Source of the DNA: Devosia equisanguinis
GTDB lineage: Bacteria; Pseudomonadota; Alphaproteobacteria; Rhizobiales; Devosiaceae
Assembly (NCBI GenBank): GCA_945888565.1
Contig: CAMDAL010000001.1
Span: 1 to 43,319 of the forward strand
Reading direction: 5' to 3'
Length of the DNA stretch: 43,319 nt
Shown: positions 37,066 to 43,319 of the stretch, in pieces
How the letters are laid out: each line of letters opens with the position of its first letter
Position numbering within the stretch: the first letter of the stretch is position 1
Position numbers and translations under genes: made by a program
Notes under the pieces: generated by a model
Seen by the model: only the letters and a program-made list of their open reading frames with translations
What the model was told of the DNA's origin: nothing
Databases searched by the model: none

Positions 37066-37656
37066 TCACTCCGGAGAGTCCTGCCTGCGCGGGGTCAGCC
37101 TCGGCAACAGCAGCTCGATCGGCACCGGCTCCCCTTGCGGTGTCTGCCCGCGCCGGAACAGCGACAGCTGCGCGTAGCCGTGCACGGTCGACCACACCTT
37201 GAGCTCATTGATTCCCGGCCCCGCTTCGTCGGGCTCGAACAGCGCACAGACGTCTGCCAGCACAAGGTAGGCCCGCAGCGATGCAGCCTGCAGGTCGCCC
37301 TCCGGATGGTTCTTGTACTCGACGCTGAAATTCAGCTGGAACAGGGCCGATTGCTCGCGCGAGAACCTCAGATAGCCCCGCGATATCCCCTCGAGCTGAG
37401 CCTGCGGCGATCGCCCCGCCGCATAGCGCTCAGCCTCCATATAATCGCGGAAGCGGTCGAACCCGTGCGCCGCAATGGCCACGAACAGCCCCTCGCGATT
37501 GCCGAAATGATGCGCCGGCGCCGCATGCGATACGCCGGCCCGCGCCGCCACCTTGCGCAGGGTCAGCGCCTCGAGCCCCTCCTGCTCCAGCACCTCGAGC
37601 CCGGCAAGGATCAGCGCATTGCGCAGGTCACCATGATGATAGTCCGCGTTCGTCAG
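37066..37656 (-). CDS. TetR-family regulator (probable CTG start)
   Basis: YHHGDLRNALI...LTLRKVAARAGVSHAAPAHHF HTH. No in-frame ATG/GTG/TTG upstream of YHHGDL; CTG at 37656 follows GGAGG. Confidence 0.88.
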   Translation of the reverse strand: MTNADYHHGDLRNALILAGLEVLEQEGLEALTLRKVAARAGVSHAAPAHHFGNREGLFVAIAAHGFDRFRDYMEAERYAAGRSPQAQLEGISRGYLRFSREQSALFQLNFSVEYKNHPEGDLQAASLRAYLVLADVCALFEPDEAGPGINELKVWSTVHGYAQLSLFRRGQTPQGEPVPIELLLPRLTPRRQDSPE

Positions 37657-37670
37657 GCTGCCCTCCCATT

Positions 37671-37717
37671 CTTGACATTGTAAAGATGCTGGGTTAGACG
37701 AACTTTACACCGTCAAG
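37671..37717. promoter_or_regulatory. Paired TetR operators overlapping divergent promoters
   Basis: CTTGACATTGTAAAG (37671-37685) and inverted copy CTTTACACCGTCAAG (37703-37717); TTGACA-N17-TAGACG on the plus strand. Confidence 0.7.
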
Positions 37718-37730
37718 ATAGAGGCGTGAA

Positions 37731-38357
37731 GTGCTCGGCGTGATCATTGGACTCTCTCGCGGACTGTTCTGGTTCTTCTCGGCGGCAATCGCATCTTTTT
37801 CGCTGGTCGTCGTCGGTCTGTCGCTCACATCCGGCCTCGCGGAAGCAGCGCCGCATCTTGCCCATTATGCCAGCGACCGCCTGCCGCTCTACCTGCACAT
37901 GATCTTCGGCCCGCTTGCGCTGGCCCTGGCGCCGTTCCAGTTCTGGACGCGCCTGCGCAATCGCCATCGCCGCGTCCACCGCGTCATCGGCTACACCTAC
38001 GCCGTCTCGATCGCCATCGCGGCGGCCAGTGCGCTCGTGCTGCTGCCCCGCTTCGCCGGCTCGGCCTGGGCCACTACCGGCTTCGCGCTGCTGGCGCTCG
38101 CCTGGTTCGGCACCACGGCGCGATCGGTCTTCCTCGCCCGCGCCCGCCGCATCGAGGCGCACCGCGCCTGGATGCTGCGCTCGGCCGCGCTCACGTTTGC
38201 CGCTGTCGTCCTGCGCCTCATGACCATTCCACTGATGGGCACCGGCCTGACGCTCACGCAGTCCTATGACGTCACCGCCTGGGCAAGCTGGCTGCTGCCG
38301 CTGATCGTCACCGAACTCATGCTGCGCCGCCCTGCTACCCGCCGGCTGCCCGCGTAG
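37731..38357 (+). CDS. DUF2306-like membrane protein
   Basis: LHMIFG...PFQF, HRVIGYTY, HRAWMLRSAALTFAAV; GTG start. Confidence 0.8.
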   Translation: MLGVIIGLSRGLFWFFSAAIASFSLVVVGLSLTSGLAEAAPHLAHYASDRLPLYLHMIFGPLALALAPFQFWTRLRNRHRRVHRVIGYTYAVSIAIAAASALVLLPRFAGSAWATTGFALLALAWFGTTARSVFLARARRIEAHRAWMLRSAALTFAAVVLRLMTIPLMGTGLTLTQSYDVTAWASWLLPLIVTELMLRRPATRRLPA

Positions 38358-38377
38358 CGGGTATGCGAATGCCGTTG

Positions 38378-39595
38378 CTAGCTCAGCGCCTTCAGCAGAT
38401 TGCCCGAGACATGGCCGTCGGGCAGCAGGCCGGCGCGGCTTTGCCAGTCGATCACGGCGGCGCGGGTTTTTGGACCGATCACGCCGTCGGGCGAGCCGAT
38501 CTGGTAGCCCTTGCGCAGCAGCAGCGACTGCACCCGTTCGCGGTCAGCCTTGGTCAGCGCCGTGTCATTCGGCCAGGACGAGACAAAACCCTTAACGCCG
38601 AGGATGCGGTCGGCGAGGTGGCCGACGGCAAGGGCGTAGCTGTCGGAATTGTTGTAGCGCTTGATGACGTCGAAGTTCGGCAGCACGGCGAAGACCGGGC
38701 CGTTGCCGCCCATCGGCATGTAGAGCCGCGCCGTGTCACCGGCTCGCGGAAACGCCTTGCCGTTGGCGCGGGTGACGCCGATGCCATGCCAGTCGCCCAG
38801 CGTGGCGTTGATGCCGCCCCAGACGTTCTGGTAATTGAAGCCGGTGGGCAGCTTCACCTCGTAGCCCCAGGTCTCGCCGGCCCGCCAGCCGAAGGATTTC
38901 AGGTAGTTGGCGATCGAGGCGAGGGCATCGGGCACCGAGCCCCAGATGTCCTCGTGGCCATCGCCCTTGAAGTCGACGGCATACCTGGTGAAGCTCGAGG
39001 GCATGAACTGCGGGTGGCCCATGGCGCCGGCCCACGAGCCGACCATGTTCGATGGCGCAACGTGCCCGGCCTGCAGGATCTCGAGCGAGGTGATCAGTTC
39101 GGCGCCGAAATAGCTGGCGCGGTAGCCGCCATAGGCGAGCGTGGCGAGCGCGTGCGGCGTGCGGTTGCCGCCCATGTAGCCGCCGTAATTGGTCTCGATG
39201 CCCCAGATGGCGAGGATCGCTTCGGGCTGCACGCCGTAGCGCTCGGCGATGACGCCCAGCGTCTTGGTCCACTCGGCCCGCATGTCCTGGCCCTTGCCGG
39301 CCTGCCCGTCGGTGACGCGCTTGCCGATATAGTCGGCGGCAGTGGAGACGAACTCGGGCTGCTTCCTCGACAGCTCCAGCACCTTGGTGACCGGGGCGAA
39401 GTCGCCCATCGCGGCGTTGAAGATCTTTCTCGACACGCCGCGGGCCTGGGCCTTGGCCCAGGTGGAATCGACGAAGCCCTCGACGGCCTTGCCGAAGGCG
39501 GGGGGGATGATGCTGGATGCAGCCAGCGCGGTGGCGCCGATCAACAGGTGGCGGCGGTTCAATGCCGGCGCGGCGGGCACGAAAGCTCGGAACAT
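38378..39595 (-). CDS. Lytic murein transglycosylase (MltB/SltB-like) with C-terminal PG-binding domain
   Basis: NRRHLL Tat-like signal, AIWGIETNYG, GSWAGAMGHPQFMPS, RYNNSDSYALAV, DGVIGPKTRAA. Confidence 0.92.
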   Translation of the reverse strand: MFRAFVPAAPALNRRHLLIGATALAASSIIPPAFGKAVEGFVDSTWAKAQARGVSRKIFNAAMGDFAPVTKVLELSRKQPEFVSTAADYIGKRVTDGQAGKGQDMRAEWTKTLGVIAERYGVQPEAILAIWGIETNYGGYMGGNRTPHALATLAYGGYRASYFGAELITSLEILQAGHVAPSNMVGSWAGAMGHPQFMPSSFTRYAVDFKGDGHEDIWGSVPDALASIANYLKSFGWRAGETWGYEVKLPTGFNYQNVWGGINATLGDWHGIGVTRANGKAFPRAGDTARLYMPMGGNGPVFAVLPNFDVIKRYNNSDSYALAVGHLADRILGVKGFVSSWPNDTALTKADRERVQSLLLRKGYQIGSPDGVIGPKTRAAVIDWQSRAGLLPDGHVSGNLLKALS

Positions 39596-39679
39596 GGTCG
39601 GACCTCGGACACAGAACAAACACGAGTGCCGCGACCTGCCCCCAAGGCGCGGCTGATCCCTTGATTTTGGCGATCGAAC

Positions 39680-39694
39680 TTAAGATCGCGTTAA
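39680..39694. promoter_or_regulatory. Perfect CtrA box
   Basis: TTAA-GATCGCG-TTAA, 85 bp upstream of the transglycosylase start. Confidence 0.7.
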
Positions 39695-39745
39695 GCAGGT
39701 GGCTTTTTGGCGGAGACGGGGCGCACGAGTGCGTGAGGACGCCCG

Positions 39746-40306
39746 CTATTGCTCCCACGCGGCGAACGTGCCGATGATTTCAGGCTCTGCCGCGCAGTCG
39801 AAATCCTGCGCCTTCTCGTCGGCGGCCTGGCGGGCCAGCTTCTCGGCGTCGGGGCTGGCGGTGTCGACATAGGCGACGTGGCAGGTGGCACCCGGCGCGA
39901 CCCTGGTCACAACCAGCACTGCGCCAGTCGCCTTGCCGTCCGTTTCCACGTCGAACTTCACGATGGTGGCGAAGGGCTTGTAGCTGCCCTCGGCGTTCGA
40001 GACCCGCCACTCGATCTCCTCACCGGGGGTGTTCACCGGCGGCAGCGTCTGGTCGGCGGCCTTCTCGGTGGTCGAGGTCAGCCCGTAGGAGATGCGGAAG
40101 CGGCGTTCGCTTTCGCGCACCATCACCGGCAGGCCCTTCAGCCCCGGGCAGGCCCAGGTGGAGCCGAAATCGTCGGTCGAAACCACGGTGCAGTCCTCGA
40201 ACTTCAGCTCGCTCCAGGCCGAATTGAAGAGCTGTGCGTAGGCCGGTGCCGGCAGGGCAAGCAGCGCAAGCGCGAGGGTGGCAGCGGTCAGTGGCCTGAT
40301 GAGCAT
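39746..40306 (-). CDS. Secreted hypothetical protein with four Cys
   Basis: Signal peptide ending AYA; start ATG 40306; protein-like composition. Confidence 0.75.
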   Translation of the reverse strand: MLIRPLTAATLALALLALPAPAYAQLFNSAWSELKFEDCTVVSTDDFGSTWACPGLKGLPVMVRESERRFRISYGLTSTTEKAADQTLPPVNTPGEEIEWRVSNAEGSYKPFATIVKFDVETDGKATGAVLVVTRVAPGATCHVAYVDTASPDAEKLARQAADEKAQDFDCAAEPEIIGTFAAWEQ

Positions 40307-40419
40307 TTCTTTTCCCGCATGGGCGATGAGGCGTTTTGATGCCTTGCAATGATGGCCATCGATGGGCCACAACCCGGACGAAATCCTCCCCCTCAAGCCC
40401 ATCTCCCAAGGTTACCCAG

Positions 40420-40956
40420 ATGAATATTGACGCCATTCCGATCGGCAAGAACCCTCCCGACGACCTCAACGTGATCATCGAGGTGCCGATGGGCGGCGAG
40501 CCGATCAAGTACGAGATCGACAAGGCTTCGGGCGCGCTGTTCGTCGATCGCTTTCTCTACACCCCGATGCGCTATCCGGGGAACTATGGCTTCGTGCCGC
40601 ACACCCTGTGCGGTGACGGCGACCCGCTCGACGTCATCGTGATGAACTCCCGCCCGCTGGTGCCCGGCGCCGTGGTGCGCTGTCGGCCGTTCGGCGTGCT
40701 GTTCATGGAAGACGATGGCGGCACCGACGAGAAGATTCTGGCCGTTCCGGTTTCCAAGCTCACCAAGATGTATGACGGGATCAAGGATGTCGGCGACATG
40801 CAGCCGATCCAGATCGAGCGGGTGAAGCACTTCTTCACCCACTACAAGGACCTCGAGCCCGGCAAGTGGGCGAAGATCGACCGGATCGGCAATGCCGCCG
40901 ACGCGCGCCAGGTGATCCTCGACTCGATCGCACGGGCCAACGCCGAAAAGGCCTGA
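40420..40956 (+). CDS. ppa: Inorganic pyrophosphatase (family I)
   Basis: [36 protein letters not shown]. Confidence 0.96.
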   Translation: MNIDAIPIGKNPPDDLNVIIEVPMGGEPIKYEIDKASGALFVDRFLYTPMRYPGNYGFVPHTLCGDGDPLDVIVMNSRPLVPGAVVRCRPFGVLFMEDDGGTDEKILAVPVSKLTKMYDGIKDVGDMQPIQIERVKHFFTHYKDLEPGKWAKIDRIGNAADARQVILDSIARANAEKA

Positions 40957-40987
40957 CCCGGTCGCCGAGCTGCCCCCGGGGGCGCCT

Positions 40988-41015
40988 CTTGAAACCGTCG
41001 CCGGCCGGCCTATCT
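40988..41015 (+). promoter_or_regulatory. RpoH/RpoD-like promoter in the ppa-MFS intergenic region
   Basis: CTTGAA-N15-CCTATCT, with no plausible CDS downstream. Confidence 0.55.
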
Positions 41016-41020
41016 ATTGG

Positions 41021-41120
41021 TCAACGGTCGGTTTGACCGGGCGATGCTCCCTCCCGTCAGCCTGGTCCCGATCCCAAAGCAAAGGCGCTCCCCGCAAGGG
41101 TCGAGCGCCTTTCGTTTTTT
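41021..41120 (+). ncRNA. Candidate trans-acting sRNA with anti-SD loop (cuckoo/ar14-like)
   Basis: Promoter, then hairpin GACCGGGCGATG-CTCCCTCC-CGTCAGCCTGGTC, then a terminator with T-tract. Confidence 0.55.
41081..41120 (+). terminator. Intrinsic terminator
   Basis: AAAGGCGCTC...GAGCGCCTTT-CGTTTTTT. Confidence 0.8.
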
Positions 41121-41167
41121 GGGCTGTGCCCAACGAAACGGGCGCCGGAGTTGCCCCAGGCGCCCGA

Positions 41168-41183
41168 TGATTCACGTGAAGCG
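41168..41183. other. parS-like site TGATTCACGTGAAGCG
   Basis: 13/16 match to TGTTTCACGTGAAACA; intergenic; contains GATTC. Confidence 0.6.
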
Positions 41184-41195
41184 CTTGCCCGGCGC

Positions 41196-42680
41196 TCAGT
41201 GGCCGCCCGCGTGCCCCATGCCCGGCTGTGCCGGCGGCTTCTTGACGAAGAAGGCGAAGACGATCGCCACCAGCGAGATCGCCGCGGCGCAGAAGAAGGC
41301 CAGCTGCACGCCAGCATTTACCGCGACGGCGCGTTCCGCACCGCCGGCAATCAGCGCATCGCCGCGGATCGTCATCAGCGCCACGAACAGCGCAACGCCG
41401 GCGGCACCCGCCACCTGCTGTACGGAGCCGAGGATGGCGCTGCCATGCGAGTAGAGCGGCGGCGGCAGCGAGCTGAGGCTGGCCGTGAACAGCGGCGTGA
41501 ACATCAGCGCCAGGCCGGTCGACATCAGCATGTGCGAGGCAACGATGAGCCAGACCGGCGTGGTGCCGCTGAGCAGGGTGAAGCTCCACAGCACGGCGCT
41601 GAGCAGCAGGGTGCCCGGCACCAGGAGGCGCGTCGTGCCCCAGCGGTCGTAGAGGCGGCCGATCACCGGGCCGAGCAGGCCCATGACGAGGCTGCCTGGC
41701 AGCAGCATCAGGCCGACCTGCAGCGGATCGAGGGCCAGCACGTTCTGGAGGAACAGCGGCAGCAGGATGATGACGCCGAACAGCGCCATGAACGCCACCC
41801 CCATCATCGCCACCGACAGGCTGTAATTGCGGATGGCAAAGGCGCGCAGGTCGAGCAGGGCCCGGTCCTTGAGACCGAACTGGCGCCAGACGAACACCAC
41901 CATGGCGACGAGGCCGATGCCGAGCGGCACGAACGGCGACATGCCACCACCGCCGGCATGCGCGGCTTCGCCGAAGCCGGACAGGCCGTAGACGATACCG
42001 CCGAAGGCCAGGATCGAGAGAACAACGGAGATGAAGTCGAGCGGGATCGCGCGGGGCTCGGAGACGTTCTTCATCAGCGCCGCGCCAAGCGCCAGCGCGC
42101 CCAAGGAAATGGGTAGCACGAGGATGAACATCCAGCGCCAGTCGAGATTGGTGAGGATGAAGCCGCCGATCGTCGGGCCGATGGCGGGGGCCACCGAGAT
42201 GACGATCGAAATGTTGCCCATCACCTTGCCGCGCGCTTCGGGCGGCACCAGGGTCATCACCGTGGTCATCAGCAGCGGCATCATGATGGCAGTGCCGGTG
42301 GCCTGGATGACGCGACCGAAGACCAGCAGTTCGAGGCCGGGCGACACGGCGCAGATCAGCGTGCCGACGCTGAAGATGCCCATGGCGAGGATGTAGATCG
42401 GCCGGGTGTTGATCCGCTGCAGCAGGAAGCCGGTGATGGGGATCACCACGGCCATGGTCAGCAGGAACGCCGTGGTCAGCCACTGGGCCGCCGAGGCGGT
42501 GACGCCGAGATCGGTCATCAGCGGCTGGATGGCGACGCTCATGATGGTTTCGTTGAGGAAAACCACGAAGGTCGAGACCAGCAGCAGGGCAATGACCAGC
42601 CGGTTGCGCGCCGCGTTCGATGCATGGTGCGGCCCGACGGCGGGGATAGCGACGTCGTCGATTGCAGCTTCAGAGCTCAT
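41196..42680 (-). CDS. DHA2-family MFS drug exporter (LmrB-like)
   Basis: LNETIMSVA, QWLTTAFLL, GRVIQATG, APAIGPTIGG, WRWMF; ~14 TM segments. Confidence 0.92.
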   Translation of the reverse strand: MSSEAAIDDVAIPAVGPHHASNAARNRLVIALLLVSTFVVFLNETIMSVAIQPLMTDLGVTASAAQWLTTAFLLTMAVVIPITGFLLQRINTRPIYILAMGIFSVGTLICAVSPGLELLVFGRVIQATGTAIMMPLLMTTVMTLVPPEARGKVMGNISIVISVAPAIGPTIGGFILTNLDWRWMFILVLPISLGALALGAALMKNVSEPRAIPLDFISVVLSILAFGGIVYGLSGFGEAAHAGGGGMSPFVPLGIGLVAMVVFVWRQFGLKDRALLDLRAFAIRNYSLSVAMMGVAFMALFGVIILLPLFLQNVLALDPLQVGLMLLPGSLVMGLLGPVIGRLYDRWGTTRLLVPGTLLLSAVLWSFTLLSGTTPVWLIVASHMLMSTGLALMFTPLFTASLSSLPPPLYSHGSAILGSVQQVAGAAGVALFVALMTIRGDALIAGGAERAVAVNAGVQLAFFCAAAISLVAIVFAFFVKKPPAQPGMGHAGGH

Positions 42681-42881
42681 GATGACCCGCTTTCAAATGC
42701 GCGACTAAAATGGGGGCGATTCCTGCCACGGTGGAGGGGGTAGGCGCTACCCCCTCCAATGCATGGTGCGAATGCAGCGGCAAACCATGGTCGAGGGGCA
42801 TTCGGGGCGTCCTTGCTGTGGGTTCATGCCGGTATGACGAACCACACATGGCGGAATCGACAGGCGAGGGCAGAATTCGCT

Positions 42882-42923
42882 TAAGCGTTTGCTTATCTAT
42901 CGTTTGCCCGTCACTTAAGTCAA
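42882..42923 (-). promoter_or_regulatory. Putative MFS promoter with operator-like inverted repeat
   Basis: Minus-strand TTGACT-N17-ATAGAT; TAAGC-N4-GCTTA palindrome (42882-42895) over the predicted start site. Confidence 0.5.
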
Positions 42924-42938
42924 CGATGAAGTGTTGCA

Positions 42939-43319
42939 TCACAATTCCTTTTCCGCCAATGCCCTGAAGGCGTCCGGTACCGTCTCGCGCTGTTCGAGCG
43001 TCCCTTCGCCGTAGCCGATGGCTTCGCGGCCGAAGCGGGTGCGGATGCGGTCGATGGCGCGGTCTGCGGTGAGGCGGGCGTGGCCCTGGCGGCTGCCGGT
43101 GCGGCGGGCCTCGTCGGAAAGGCCGAGCGGCAGTTCGAGCTGCAGCAGCGGGTCGCGCACGAGGTGGGCGACCGAGATGGCGAGGAGCGTGATGGTCTGC
43201 TGCTCCGGGTGATCGGAGCGGACGATGTGGACGAGGTCCTCGGCGATCTCGGCGAGGCTGGTGGTGGCGGCGAGCGGCGAGTCGATCGTCGCCGAGCGGG
43301 TGACGGCGGTCATGTCGCG
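42939..43319 (-). CDS. dinB: DNA polymerase IV (DinB-like), C-terminal part (5'-partial)
   Basis: Little-finger TRSAT...ITLLAISV, clamp-motif-like QLELPL, DRAIDRIRTRFGREAI. Confidence 0.75.
   Translation of the reverse strand, partial: RDMTAVTRSATIDSPLAATTSLAEIAEDLVHIVRSDHPEQQTITLLAISVAHLVRDPLLQLELPLGLSDEARRTGSRQGHARLTADRAIDRIRTRFGREAIGYGEGTLEQRETVPDAFRALAEKEL

Noticed and set aside
39590-39604. GAAC-N7-GACC near the transglycosylase start as a LexA box
   Set aside because: Mismatched, overlaps the coding start, and has no SOS rationale.
1-43319. CRISPR arrays, tRNA/rRNA, prophage, IS transposases, anti-phage defence operons
   Set aside because: No regularly spaced repeats, RNA-gene signatures or corresponding protein motifs were seen.

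Overview
A 43.3-kb, high-GC core chromosomal segment of an alphaproteobacterium. The gene repertoire suggests Hyphomicrobiales, Devosia-like (inference). It runs from a partial leuS through yggS, an OmpR-type regulator, dcp, ridA-like, xth, lolA, ftsK, a PAS-HisKA_2 kinase, a TetR/HlyD/ABC exporter operon, a predicted beta-barrel protein and metabolic genes. It continues through a short STAS-cheY-cheA-cheW cluster, a YbaL/RosB antiporter, Rrf2, a LexA-controlled imuA-imuB-dnaE2 cassette, TerB/YbjQ, a TetR/DUF2306-like divergon, a lytic transglycosylase, ppa, an LmrB-like MFS and a partial dinB. I found no rRNA, tRNA, CRISPR array, phage or intact IS, and no clear new multi-gene system. The most notable signals are non-coding: (1) four parS-like palindromes that all carry the same arm variant, which creates a GANTC (CcrM methylation) site and suggests an origin-proximal, possibly methylation-sensitive centromere; (2) a candidate unannotated ~100-nt sRNA after ppa, with an RpoH-like promoter, an anti-Shine-Dalgarno loop and a terminator; (3) a TetR gene apparently starting at CTG; (4) CtrA and LexA boxes; (5) a long structured leader on the MFS gene; (6) an EAL-domain gene remnant and an ATP-grasp gene inserted between ftsK and lolA. 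All calls come from reading the sequence; no database searches were run.
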